Source: Octopus sinensis
Lineage: Eukaryota
Direction: 5' to 3'
Assembly: GCF_006345805.1 (NCBI RefSeq)
Contig: NC_043011.1
Span: 51,100,464-51,164,463 of the forward strand
Length of the DNA: 64,000 nt
Below, piece after piece: positions 38,673 through 52,700 of this stretch (position 1 is the first letter of the stretch; the number at the start of each line of letters is the position of its first letter). The position numbers were made by a program, and so were the translations under genes. Below the pieces are notes generated by a model. That model was not told the DNA's origin. It saw only the letters and a program-made list of their open reading frames with translations, and searched no databases.

Positions 38673-39740
38673 CAAGATAGGTTTGTCCATTCACTCTGTT
38701 TCCCTCGAAAATTTATGGGCCATAAATCTTGGTTTGTAAAGCATACGAAAAAATTTTAACTTCCAACGTGGGAGCAGGCAACATAAAGTTGCCCATGCAA
38801 AAAGCAGGGCTCGCCCAGATGTATTCCCACGACTGAGAGTGTCTGTCCCTGCGATTTGTTAATTGACATTGCTTAATGGCTTTCTGGGGTGACTGGGGAA
38901 ATGAAAACATCTTCACGATCACCCTTAGACAGTTTTGAAAGCCCATAGAAAATGCGAGCCTTTTACGTGAAAAACTGTGGATTTGTATAAAGGGCACACA
39001 GACACGCAGATACACAGACATTTTGCCTGTTTATAGATATAAAAATAACAAGAACGCTCACACCCACACTGCTATTAAGCTTTCGTTAACCCTTTAACTA
39101 CAAAATTAAATTTCATGGTTATTCCAGTAAAGATTTAAAATATCTACTCCTGCCTCCACGACTCAAAATAGAATTGGTTTTTCTGCGAGTCATTTTGCCT
39201 CAATAAATTTGGTATATCTCAAGAAAAAAAAAAGTTTCAAACTTGACATTTCTCTGTAAAAGATAGATTGATATAAAAAACTGCTTTCCACAAATAAGGG
39301 GACTGAAATTTTTAGTGGACATATCTGATTTCTGTGGTAAAAGGGCAGAGTTTTCATTCCTAGGCATGTTCTCCATCATTTTGTGAAGTTAGACGTGTTC
39401 AGACTATTGACCATACATGGTCGTAAGTGTAAATCTTACTACAGTCAATGAAATGTGCGAGCATCTTCTCCTCTTGCCCCTCCCCTATCTTCCTCTCCTC
39501 TCCTCCCTCTCAACAAGGAAGTTAACAAAGAAAAGTTCTTCAAATGAAGGTAGAATATGGTCATTGAGGTGTGAAGAATTTGGATGAAAAGTGCAAAATG
39601 GAAATAAAATAGCATTAATTGTTATTAATTACTAGATACAGCGGGGTGGGAAATGTTGTCTCTTATTAGCTTAAAGAGTTATATTTTGAAGCCCACGTGT
39701 ATACACACACACACGTTATATTATATTATATTATATTATA

Positions 39741-40123
39741 CTAGCAGTATCACCCGGCGTTGCTCGGGTTTGTAAGGGAAATAACTATATAAGCATTTTT
39801 AGAGATGTAAAGTATAATAGCCATCTCAATATGGCTAACCACAAAGGAGGGGGTGTTACTGTAGCTTTTTACGTTCTGAGATTTAATAATACATTTTTAG
39901 AGAGTTACTTCCCTTATATATGCCAAAAATGCATTAAAAATGGGAAAAAATGATGGTAAATTTTTTTTAAAATCGTAGACTCATTGTAGTCGCGCTAATA
40001 CTCAGAAGGGCTCGATACGAATCACGACTATAAGATACCCGCTTTTGGTTAAACTGTGGGAGTAGTTTGGAATCTAAATCGTAGGAGACAGACACCACAC
40101 AACCTCACTTTTATATATATAGA
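39741..40123 (-). mobile_element. Non-autonomous Helitron-like element
   Basis: CTAG end with GC hairpin (cccggcgttgctcggg); TC-tatata start; second copy at 40684-41045. Confidence 0.78.
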
Positions 40124-40174
40124 TTATGTATATCTCTCAAGAAATTCTTCCCAGTGCACTTTGCTAATAGAACA

Positions 40175-40545
40175 TCACTGAAACAAGTGGAGAAGTTTAA
40201 GTATCTCGGGACCATATTCACGAGTGATATGAAGCAGGACGCTGAACTAAATACTAGAATTGTAGATGCTTGTACTGTAATGCACTAACTCCAGCATTTG
40301 ATCTTCAGAAAAGGAGAGGCTGGTAAAAAGAAAGCCAGACTTGCTATCCTCAGTTCGGATTTCGTGCCTATCCTCATCTATGGTCATAAATGTTGGGTAA
40401 TGACTGAAAGAGTATAATCATGAATGCAAGTGGCCAAAATGGAGACCCTCCAAAGTATTTCTGGAGCAACGTTATTCGACAGAGCACATAGTTTGGAGAT
40501 GCGGAAGTCTCTCCAGGTCGAGCTGCTATTTCTCCGTATATGCAT
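40175..40545 (+). mobile_element. RTE-type LINE fragment
   Basis: LKQVEKFKYLGTIFTSD...ELNTRI...PILIYGHKCWVMTE. Confidence 0.8.
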
Positions 40546-41436
40546 AACACACACAAACACACACATGCACACACGCATGCGTGCGTTCCCATACACTCAT
40601 CTGTTTATACATATATGCATACATACATGTACTTGGTGGCTGTCTGTTCCTTGCAGAGCTTGGTCTTTTTTCTTGTATCTATAACTAGCAGTATCGCCCG
40701 GCGTTGCTCGGGTTTGTAAGGGAAATAACTATATAAGCATATATGGCTAACCACAAAGGGGGCGGAGTGTTACTGTAGCTTTTTATGTTCTGAGATTCAA
40801 AAAAATTTTTTTAGAGAGTTACTTCCCTTATATATGCCAAAAATGCATTAGAAATGGGAAAAATTGATGGTAAATCTTTTTTAAAATCGTAGACTCATCG
40901 TAGGCGCGCGCTAATACCCAGAAGGGCTCGATATGAATCACGACTATAAGATACCCGGTTTTGGTTAAACTGCACCGCAAAATGTGGGAGTAGTTAGGAA
41001 TCTAAATCGTAGGAGACAGACAGCACACAACCTCACTTTTATATCCTAGCATGAGATCATTAACGATTTTTGAACTCTGAAAGGTGTTTGAAGAACTGAC
41101 CACAAATACTGCAACAACAGTTCATTGCAGTATTGGTTCCATTTTCCCACTTGTTTATTAAGAATGTTCAAGTGTTGTCTTCAATCTTCCCCATAACTTT
41201 CAGGTTTTTTGACAAACATGACATTGAGACTGGTCACCCGTAATAAAATTGAAATACTTCATGTGTGCCTTATCTGCGTGGGCGCACTGGTGTGATTTCA
41301 TACAAGCTTGAGAAAGGCAAACTTTTATGCATAAGGAACATTTAAAGAAGAATGAGCAACACTCGCAACTCTATTGATATTAATCTAATTTTTACGAACT
41401 TTCATTTCAGTGTGCTTAACTCTGTCAAGCTCAACA

Positions 41437-41868
41437 TCTCTCTATATATAAACGGCAGTTTGTCTGTCTGTGTGTCTGTCAGGTTGTACCCTCACCCTGA
41501 CCACGGCTTTCAACCGATTCTGATGAAACTTGACACACACATAGCCCAATGTCATAATTCAAAACTAACGCAGCTAAAATTTTGAAAAGTTTCCTCAGTT
41601 CTGAAAAAAATCGATAAATTCGACATGGGGTCGAGAATCTAAGCTTTTTATATGCAACACATTTTCTGTCTAGGGGACACAACTCGACCTTTTTATCGCC
41701 CAAAAGGACAGCTAGGAACATCGTATACACAGAAGTATTCGAGTGAAGAGAAGACATTGCAACCTACACATGCGCCTTCGTTCCCTAGAGGGAAAGGACT
41801 AGATTGGGATTAGTCGTTGCCTACTAGGGGCTCTTACATACCCGGGCAACGCCGGGCTATGCTGCTAG
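41437..41868 (+). mobile_element. Non-autonomous Helitron
   Basis: A|TC...hairpin cccgggcaacgccggg...CTAG|T. Confidence 0.82.
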
Positions 41869-42874
41869 TTTTTAATACTGCTCCAAATCATAACCCTCCA
41901 TGCTTCCCTATCTGTCGCAAGTGATTCAAGACTTTTGCTAACATAATTTAAGGCATTTCAGATTTGATTTTAAAGAGTCTTTGTATCTTTTCTTTGGCTT
42001 GCCATTTTCTCTCTTATGACAGTTGATTTCATTTACGATCGCATATAAATCATGAGTTTATCATGCATGCAGACCCCAATTATGGCTAATCAGAATTCAT
42101 CGTTCACGTGATAAATTTCAGAATTTTCTTTCAGAGTTGGCCTTAAAAACAGACATTTTGAGTGCAAAAAGCCAGAGAGAATTGGGACCCTGTTCGTTAT
42201 GGTCACCCGTGATTTCTTCTCCCATGGCTGTTTTCACAGCTTCATACTCAAACCAGCACAATTTTCCTAATAGCTGTTTTCACATCTCCATACCAATTCA
42301 GAGAATCAACGCAGCCATACGCATTTGCAGCAATGTGAAAGATCAACTTAATCCTCAATTATCTGTTGAAGAATTTCAGCACCTGTAAAATATGATGTTC
42401 ATATAAGATTGACTCTGTATTTTCATGAAGCCTTGTAAAAAAACTTAGCAATAAATGTTGTATATAAACTGATACCAAGTCTTTGTCATAAACAATGCTA
42501 CACTCTTTTCCAGCATCAGTTCATCGCAAAGCATTTGCTAAGAGATGCTCTAATCATCCATGCAAATGAGATGGCCTGTCCATCGTAGTTTATAAGGCCT
42601 CAGTAGTGTAGTAGACAGCGTGACAGTCTCAAATATATATGTACACACACAGATACACACACATCGTTGCATGCACATATAAGTGGCGAGCAGGCCAACA
42701 TTCCCCCCTGAGCAGGTTGCCAGTCTGTTGCCAGGTTCCTCATTTACAGCTGAGTGAATTCGACCAATGCGAAATGTGACGTTTTGCTGAAGAGCACAAC
42801 GCACCACCGGTCTGAAAATGGAAACCACGATGTTGCGATCGTGAGTGTTGCACCAATAATCACTAGCCAACGCA

Positions 42875-42922
<48 letters not shown>

Positions 42923-43553
42923 TTGTCAACACAAAAATATCGTATACGGATATAAGATTACTTCGGAGGATAGAGAATATTTCTATATAGAAACCAGCTC
43001 ATGTTATATTAAGCAGAGAATTGCCAATCATTTAAGTTCGTTTAGAAACAGAGACAAAATGAATACTACCAGCCACTGTAAGCTAATTTTGTCCCTATTT
43101 CTAAACGATCTTATGTTCATATAAGTATTTTCGATTGCTTGGGAAATTATTAGTTAAGCAAAACCTTATAGAATAGGCGATACTAGCCGTAACTCTTGTG
43201 TGGAGGAAATGTACAAAATTTTCTTTTTTAAATACACTATTATAAATACTAGACAGGAACAGGCTACGAGATGTCCAAACTGGATTAAATATACGTTTAT
43301 ACGATTTAAAGAAACATAAATTACCATCTATGGTAATTATACTAGTTATACTAATACATCTGTTTGTTGTCTACACCACCTGTCTTCGTCTTTTGTTTTT
43401 TTTTTTGTGAATTCTCCCTATATACAAGCACACACACACGCACATACACTCACACGCGCGCGCATGTATGTATGTATGTATGTATGTATGTATGTATGTA
43501 TGTATGTATGTATGTATGTATGTATGTATGTATGTATGTATTATGTATGTATG

Positions 43554-43587
<34 letters not shown>

Positions 43588-44581
43588 TGTATATGAGCGC
43601 ATGCACGTGTACGTGTATCTTTAAGATGGAAATTTCATAATTATTGAGACAGAGGTGGATGTGATATGATTCTGTCCCTAGATATAAATCAATTTGTCTA
43701 CTTTGTACGTCTGGTTGTTTCTTTTTTTTTTTATAGATATTTTTTTTAGCTATTTCAATGCATTTATTTTCGCTACCATTTATAGAAGTTACCTTCGTTA
43801 TGTACACAAACTCAAATGCAGAACATTTGCTGTTAAGCTATCTGCACGTGGAGTTGCTGAAATTGCATTCTGGCATCCATTAGAGACACTTATAGGACTG
43901 ACATATTAAACGAAAATAACAAAACAAAACTATACAAGTAGATAGCGCAACACGTTCTAAACTCCTGTTGGCGATATTAAAGCTTAGAAAAACACATGGT
44001 CAACACTTGCAATATAATCAATAGCCGAGTAAAAACACGAGCATATCAATGATAAAAAAAAAAGAGAGAACGTCGCATCTTTTCTGTTTAGCTTTCATTT
44101 TCAGTTCCTTTAATTTTGTTCCAGTTTATTTCAAATTTGGTATATTCTCTTTCTCTTTCTCTTTTACTTGTTTCAGTCATTTGACTGCGGCCATGCTGGA
44201 GCACCGCCTTTAGTCGAGCAAATCGACCCCGGGACTTATTCTTTGTAAGCCCAGTACTTATTCTATCGGTCTCTCTTTTGCCGAACCGCTAAGTGATGGG
44301 AACGTAAACACACCAGCATCGGTTGTCAAGCAACGCTAGAGGGACAAACACAGACACACACATATATATATATATACATATATACGACAGGCTTCTTTCA
44401 GTTTCCGTCTACCAAATCCACTCACAAGGCATTGGTCGGCCCGGGGCTATAGCAGAAGACACTTGCCCAAGATGCCACGCAGTGGGACTGAACCCGGAAC
44501 CATGTGGCTGGTTAGCAAGCTACTTACCACACAGCCACTCCTGCGCCTATTGATGTAGTTTTGTGAAAAATTATATCAATA

Positions 44582-45423
44582 CTAGCAGCATAGCCCGGCG
44601 TTGCCCGGGTATGTAAGAAACTTTGTCGATAAGCAATGCCCTCTACATTTTTACCCTTTTTTGTACTCATTGAACCGTTATTTTGTAAATAATAAAAGTC
44701 AGTTTTGTAGGGTTCGTATGGTCGGTCTCAAAGTGATATGGTTTTGTCGATTTCTCCCAATACTTGTTAACTGCATTGACAAAAGGTCGTTAGTTTGACA
44801 TTTAATGCAAACTTGATGTTTAACATTGGTGTAGGGAAAATCTGTGAACTTTCAAAAAATATCGCAGAAAAATCGGTTTGCTATGTGTGCCCCATATGAT
44901 GTAATTAACCGATTTTTTCCAGTAATAACGTATCCTATTGGAATCAAAAGGGCCATATAGCTCCTTGGAGCAGACATGATGCTTGCTGTGAATTTCAAAA
45001 AAAAATATATTGTCGAAAATATGTCATCTTGAATTTGAACGCGATTTCCAAAAATGGCATGATTTTATCGATTTTTTCTGATGCTAAGGTATTGCATGGA
45101 AAACTAACGTCAGAATTAAGTTCCTTAGGGTAACATTAAGCTTCCCCATGAGTTTGGTGAAAATCGATTTCAAGTTGCGAAAACTACAACGGAAAATGTG
45201 TTGCATATGATAAGCTGAGATTCTCGACCCCATGTCGAATTTATCGATTTTTTTCAGAACTGGGGGAACTTTTCAAAATTTTCGCTGCATTAGTTTTGAA
45301 TTATGACATTGGGCTATGTTTGTGTCAAGTTTCATCAGAATCGGTTGAAAGCCATGGTCAGGGTGAGGGTACAACCTAACAGACACACAGACAGACAAAC
45401 TGCCTTTTATATATATGTATAGA
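44582..45423 (-). mobile_element. Non-autonomous Helitron, longer variant
   Basis: Same termini as 41437-41868, different interior. Confidence 0.8.
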
Positions 45424-45522
45424 AGATTTTTACCGTCAAATAGTAAATAATTAGAGTAAAACTCACAAGAACTGCGGCACATCATTTTCAGTCGTCTCAA
45501 AAGCTGATACATATATGAATGA

Positions 45523-45586
<64 letters not shown>

Positions 45587-45774
45587 ATATTTATGCATGT
45601 GTGTCATTATTAATAAATATATTTATTTCTTTTGATGTGAATTTTCTGCATAACTTCAGGTTTCATGTTTTGGAATTCGCAATTTTCAAATGCTCCACGC
45701 AAAACGGTGGTAGAACTATTTCCATTCGAGATTTGACTACTTGAGATTTCACGACACTTAAAACGTTATTAGAT

Positions 45775-46495
45775 GCATTCTCCACCACGACACTTCCAAT
45801 TTCAGGGATAACTCCTGTCACTATACTGCGAGCATCGCACCATACTATCCCATTCTTCAATTTAGGCACATACCAGCTTCCTCTTACTGGGTCCTCCGCA
45901 GTCACTCACCCCAAGACTTCTTGTATCATGGCAGTTGTCTTCTCTCCCACTTTGTCACTTCACTGCACTCCTTCAGCTCGCCTCTCGATGAAGCTGCATG
46001 CTGTCCAGAGCCATACTGCAATCGGGTAGTGTCCCAACAGCTTCCCACAGACAGAAAACAGTTCTCACCTACTCGTCCTCGTGCCCAGCTCTGGGATCTC
46101 ATTCCCTCTCCGAAACACCAAACGCGCCGGCCGCCTTGTCTCTCCGTAGCTTGAGTCCCAGTGCAGCTCCTCTCTCCATCGCCTCCAATGGCTTGGCGTT
46201 TAGCCCCAAACTCTTCAGGTGGCTTATGACCTCCTTTGCCGATACTATGTTCTCGTCTACCAGATGTCGTTAATATAGGAATTGGTGGCTCTTTTCACTA
46301 TGTCTGCCTTTTCCAAGATGGTTTTGAGAATTGTCGCCATAATCTCCGGTGCTGAATTTAGCCCGAATCCCAGCCTGGCCACACAGTATGTGCGGCCCTT
46401 TTACCTTACTGGCTGATACTTCCACAGTCTCTCAGCCATATGCAGCTGCAGGTATTCTGACTTCAAATTGACGATTGTGGAGTCCCCTGTCATCT
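45775..46495 (-). mobile_element. Gypsy-like LTR retrotransposon RT-RNase H fragment
   Basis: IVNLKSEYLQL...RLGFGLNSAPEIM...SYINDI; RNase H GIVWCDARSIVTGV; stops and frameshifts. Confidence 0.78.
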
Positions 46496-46498
46496 CTC

Positions 46499-46501
46499 TC
46501 A

Positions 46502-46587
<86 letters not shown>

Positions 46588-48496
46588 GTGAGGGGCTGGA
46601 ATTAACAAAATTAATGTTGGAACTCCCAGAAAATGAACTTTTATTTAGCAGACTGGTATTATGAGAAGATATAATTTGTGAAAGATTCTTTGTGTTGGAG
46701 AAGGCCACTCTAACTATATGAGAATTAACAATTAAATAATATCTAGAATTTTTGGGAAAGATCTTACCAACCACTTCACGGAACTGCAAAGGAAGATTAG
46801 ATTTAATTTGTTTTCCGTACGGAATAACAAACCAGACAGTTTTCCTAGTAACAGTCAAATTGTGAGTGGTACTATCTTTAATGAACGGTGAAATACCCCC
46901 AGAGTGAAAAAATGGGCTTAAATAACGCTCGCCTCCCTTACCTCGTAAAGGAATTTTATTATGTTTTGTGTTGTTTACAATATTAGAATTAAAATCACTC
47001 TTCTTATTACAACTAGATTTCTAGTCTTGAACAGTAGATGAAGGATGAGATTGAGCAGAATCAATGTATGTAACTTTTTGTTTATATCCTGCTTTAACTA
47101 AGGCAGAGTTATAAAATTCTGCCTTGTCGTTAAAAATGTCAACATTGGCGAATAGTTTAGACAATCTAACTGAAATGCTTTTAACTAAATTCTTAGTAAT
47201 TGCCCTAGCGTGATTACTGGAAGGACTAATATACTTGAGATTGGTGGAAGGTTTGTGGTATGGGAAGTATGAGTTATTTTGCAAATTAAGAGTAATATCT
47301 AAGAAGTTAGCTTTAGTTAATTCATCGTCAAAAACGATGTGAAAGCTCGTTCTATGAAAGACCTAACTAATCTATTCTTAATCTTCTGTATTTTTTGATT
47401 TGAAATGTTTTGGAAGTAAATCAAACAATCATCACGATATAGACCTCCACAGATGTCTGGGAACTGGTCGGCCATTTCATAAAGTATATATGTGCCGACT
47501 AAATCAGCAATTTGAGCTGAATCTGAACTTCCCATTAGGACATCGAACGCATTGGGAGTATCCCTCCGGACCCACAACTTGTTATCGAACTTAATGATTG
47601 ATTTTCTAGCAGCCAGTACCACATTAATTTTCTCTCTAGAGAGACCTGCTTTATTGTGTGCATGCCAGACTGCCTTATTGAGTGTAATAGGGTTGATTGA
47701 TGAATAAAAGCTAGATATATCAAACAGAATAAATTTAGTGTTAACCTTATTAGTAATAGAAGTAAACCAATCTACAACTTGAAAAGAATTAGACCATAAG
47801 CTAAGTTTTTAATTTATTGATTAATATAGGGATATACTTATCTAAGATGTATTTACTAAGTCTACTGATGTCTGAGCTGGAAGGACAGATAAGACGTGAG
47901 GATGGGTTATTATAAAAGTTTTATTTGTGGTCTTTTAAAATAAATCGAGGCTGCCTGGGATTCAACGGTTCTGTCTTCATCTGTAATCCATACGATTCCA
48001 TAATTCCTTTAGCTTCTAGGTTAGCCTGCCTGAGAGTATTCCTACTGGTGGTCTTGTAGTTTTTATGGATCACCTTTTCCAGCAGTTCCAAATAGTGGCT
48101 CTTGGTAAGCTTATAGAGGTTTCCGGTTTTATCAGATTGAACAAGGATGCAATCTATGTTATTGATTTCCTTAGAGACGTTGTGAAGATATCTAAGATGT
48201 TTGTTCCTGAGGGGTGAACGGTGAAATTTTATATTCTTCACGATGGACCATAGATCATCCTCGAATTGCTTCAATCTAGGGTTAGGTGGAGGGGTACCCT
48301 TCGATTTAAATAATTTTGTATACTCAGAAGAAATATTATTACTGGTCTGTTGTAAGTCCTTATTGTCGAAGAAGGAGGTGAGCCATCTGATGCGGTTGAT
48401 AAATGCATTCGTCTTATTGATGAGTTCCTTAAGGAAAGCATTCTTTGGGGGAATAGGAATATCCTTAAGCGAAACGTTGATATTAAATCACTCCAT
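46499..48496 (-). mobile_element. Penelope-like element (Naiad-type), N-terminus, RT and thumb; disrupted; ends in (AAT)n
   Basis: SLKDIPIP, RIRW, QSDKTGNLYK, ILKDHK, LFDISSFYSSI, FDVLMGSSDSA, GLYRDDC, PYHKP...SNH, RKTVWF. Confidence 0.88.
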
Positions 48497-48539
48497 TTGC
48501 GGTAACGGTTATATTAGTAGGTTATAAGATAATCTGTTG

Positions 48540-48803
48540 AAAAATATGTCAATGGGTTATTGAATTATCCTTTGTTTACTGTCAACATGGAAAATTCAAT
48601 AAACAGTTACCGGGGTTGCAAAATTCACGCAAGTAACAAGGATGTAGCGCGACCTATTTAAAGGTAGAAACTCCGCGTTAATGCGCAGTAATTTGAATAG
48701 TATAAATAAATAAATGAGTTGAACGCAGATGAATTTTGCGACCCTGGTAACTGTTTATTGAAGTTTCCATGTTAACGGTAAACAAAAGATAATTCATTCA
48801 TCC

Positions 48804-48808
<5 letters not shown>
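48540..48808. mobile_element. Penelope pseudo-LTR with inverted partial copy
   Basis: ~48730-48805 is the reverse complement of ~48555-48627; the same sequence occurs at 18230-18390, 36428-36560 and 62643-62835. Confidence 0.75.
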
Positions 48809-48809
<1 letters not shown>

Positions 48810-48860
<51 letters not shown>

Positions 48861-48872
48861 ATATTATATATA

Positions 48873-48908
<36 letters not shown>

Positions 48909-49255
48909 TGTATGTATGTATGTATGTATATTTACATAATGACATACATACATACATACACACATACATGCATGCATACCTACCTATTTACCTACATACC
49001 TACCTGCATGCATGCATGCATACATACATACATACATACATACATACATACATACATACATACATACATACATACACATACATACATACATGCATACTAC
49101 ATACATACATACATACATGCATACATACATACATACATACATACATGCATACATACATACATACATACTACATACATACATGCATACATACATACATATA
49201 TACATACATACATACATACATACATACATGCATACATGCATACATACATACATAG
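48810..49255. repeat. (TA)n/(TATG)n/(TACA)n microsatellite
   Basis: Direct inspection. Confidence 0.95.
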
Positions 49256-49819
49256 TGATTGCTCCATATTCACAGGTGATTGCCGTTTTCTTGTGCTTCC
49301 TTGTTGTCGATCGAAATTCTGACTTTCCATCCATGACCTTTCAGATGGCCATACAATCCCCATTTCAGATCTGCATGGTTTGAAGCAGCCAGCTTTATAA
49401 TGTTGTTGTATTGGATGCCAACTCTCCTCCCTTTCTAGATTGCATTGTAGTGAGGGGAGATTTAGTCACCGACTCTCCGACCATGAGCAATTAGTAGGAT
49501 TATATAATTACTTACATATTTCTTTATTGCCCACAAGGGGCTAAACACAGAGAGGACAAACAAGGACAGACAAACGGATTAAGTCGATTACATCGACCCC
49601 AGTGCGTAACTGGTACTTAATTTATCGACCCCGAAAGGATGAAAGGTAAAGTCGACCTCGGTGGAATTTGAACTCAGAACGTAGCTGCAGACGAAATACG
49701 GCTACGCATTTCGCCGGGCGTGCTAACGTTTCTGCCAGCTCGCCGCCTTTTATATAATTACTTATAGCATATTTTTTTCAGTTTGTGATGGAACTGGTCC
49801 TGATCTGACCTTGCATTTA

Positions 49820-52700
49820 GTACTTGAGAAATAACATGTAGACTGTACAGTAAGGTATGTTGTTGAAAACAAAGCATCTATCAGGTAATTCAGTGTTGGA
49901 TAAGGACGTCGGATGAATTTCCTTGTGGTAACTGTACTGGCTCTCTGTGCTCTGAGTTCAAATCTTACCGAGGTCAACTTCATGGTCGATAAATAAAATA
50001 CCAGTTTCACGCTGGTCTCCAATCTTCCCTTTTCTCTCACCCTTTCTGGTTGTCTTTCTCTTCTAGAAGAAATCGACTGTTGTTAGACATGGACAAGCGT
50101 GTGTCGAATCTAAAATATCCGAGACACGAAGTAAGTCATGGCGGCACATTTACAACTCCATCAAAGAGTTAAGGGCGCATAGGACCATATAATAAGTAGT
50201 AAGAAGTAAATGAGAGCAAGTTGCTAGATTCTCATCACAAGGTAATATAAAAAAAAACCGTCAAATTACCTAGTGCCTGTTGCGCAATTAAATGATTCTT
50301 ATTGAGAATTATTGCATCGCAGAACGCCAAGGCTTTCCGGTAAGTATATATATTGATTGATAAGAAAGTTATAGAACATTGCCCACGCATTTTCATTGAG
50401 GATTGATTGAAGACAATGTTTTTTCATCAACATGTCTGGTCATGCGTGCCATTTCATTGTAAAGAAAATATATACTATAACATGTAATAAGGCTATAATA
50501 TATTGTGATTAGTATTTGTGATCATAGAACTGGTTGCTTAGTCAGAGTTCACCCACTGATAAAGAAAAACAACAATTTAATTATAATACTTTATAATATC
50601 GCGACCTCATTACGTGAGTATTACTTTATTTTTCAACACCTGTAATTGATTGGGACTTTATTTCATTGACACAAGGTGCTTTGGTTAGTTCTTCATTTTG
50701 TCGACCGAAGGTATTTAACTCTTTGTTGTTTGTTCCTTCTCGAGCCATGCCTGGCTCATAAGGGCCGGTTTCCCGGTTTCTTGGCGTATAGGTTCCCCAC
50801 CTGGATGGGACGCCGGTCCGTCGCAGGTGAGCTGCAAGATGCAGGAGGAAAGAGTGACAGAAAGTTGTGGCGAAAGAGTCAGCAGAAGTTCGCCATTACC
50901 TTCTGGCGGAGCCGCGTGGAACTTAGGTGTTTTCGCTCATAAACACACACATCACCCGGTCTGAGATTCGAACCCGCGATCCCTCGACCGCGAGTCCGCT
51001 GCTCTAACCACTAGGCCATGTGCCTCCACAAGTAAATGCGCCATTTTAAAGACTAGCCAGTCTCATGGGCCCGGTTTCCCGGTTTCAATGGCGTATGTAT
51101 TCCCCAGCTGGACGGGACGCCAGTCCATCGCAGCGTTACTCATTTTTGCCAGCTGAGTGGACTGGAGCAAAGTGAAATGAAGTGCTTTGCTCAAGAACAC
51201 AACGCGTCACCCGGTCCAGGAGTCGAAACCACAATCTTACGATCATGATGCTGACACCCTAACTACTAAGCCACGCGCCTCCACAGGTATTTAACTTGTA
51301 CTTTATTAAACCGACTCACAATATTTAACTAGTACTTTACTTTATCAATCCTCAGTAATTGACTAGTACTTATTTTATCAACCACTTTACTTGACTGGTA
51401 CTTTATTTCAACGATCCAAAGTATTTGATTGGTACTCTATTATATCGAACCCAAGTACTGGAGAAATAACATGTAGAGTGTACAGTAAGGCATATTGTTG
51501 AAAACAAAGCATCTATCAAGTAATTCAGTGTTGGATAAGGGCGTCGGATAAATTTCCTTGTGGTAACTGTACTGGCTCTCTGTGCTCTGAGTTCAAATCT
51601 TACCGAGGTCAACTTCATGGTCGATAAATAAAATACCAGTTTCACGCTGGTCTCCAATCTTCCCTTTTCTCCCACCCTTTCTGGTTGTCTTTCTCTTCTA
51701 GAAGAAATCGACTGTTGTTAGACATGGACAAGCGTGTGTCGAATCTAAAATATCCGAGACACGAAGTAAGTCATGGCGGCACATTTACAAACCCATCAAA
51801 GAGTTAAGGGCGCATAGGACCATATAATAAGTAGTAAGAAGTAAATGAGAGCAAGTTGCTAGATTCTCATCACAAGGTAATATAAAAAAAAAAACTGTCA
51901 AATTATCTAGTGCCTGTTGCGCAATCAAATTATTCTTATTGAGAATTATTGCACCACAGAACGCCAAGGCTTTCCGGTAAGTATATATATTGATTGATAA
52001 GAAAGTTATAGAACATTGCCCACGCATTTTCATTGAGGATTGATTGAAGACAATGTTTTTTCATCAACATGTCTGGTCATGCGTGCCATTTCATTGTAAA
52101 GAAAATATATACTATAACAGGTAATAAGGCTATAATATAGTGTGATTAGTATTTGTGATCATAGAACTGGTTGCTAAGAGTTCACCCACTGATAAAGAAA
52201 AACAACAATTTAATTATAATACTTTATAATATCGCGACCTCAGTACTTGAGTATTACTTAATTTTTCAACACCAGTACTTGATTGGGACTTTATTTCATC
52301 GATACAAGGTGCTTGGTTAGTACTTCATTTTGTCAACCTAAGGTATTTAACTTGTACTTTATTAAACCAACTCACATTATTTGACTGGTACTTTACTTTA
52401 TCAATCCTCAGTAACTGATTAGTACTTATTTTATCAACCACTGTACTTCAACACCAGTACTTGATTGGGACTTTATTTCATCGACACAAGGTGCTTGCTT
52501 AGTATTTCATTTTGTCAACCCAAGGTATTTAACTTGTACTTTATTAAACCGACTCACATTATTTGACTAGTAATTTACTTTGTCAATCATCAGTAATTGA
52601 TTAATTCTTATTTTATCAACCACTGTACTTGGCTGGTACTTTATTCCAACGATCCAAAGAATTTGATTGGTACTCTATTATATCGAACCCAAGTACTTGA
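49820..52700. repeat. ~1.1-kb tandem segmental duplication (49820-51454 vs 51455-~52450)
   Basis: Near-identical sequence; ORF-track peptides 49762 and 51403 are duplicates; the SINE pair is only in copy 1. Confidence 0.9.
50722..51285 (-). mobile_element. Two tandem tRNA-SINEs inside one TSD
   Basis: aggtatttaact flanks both sides; absent from the duplicate. Confidence 0.82.

Noticed and set aside
48488-48490. In-frame TGA in the Penelope ORF as selenocysteine (reported for some Naiads)
   Set aside because: It is codon 3, not an evident Cys position, and plausibly CGA decay; other lesions are TAA/TAG and frameshifts; no SECIS recognised.
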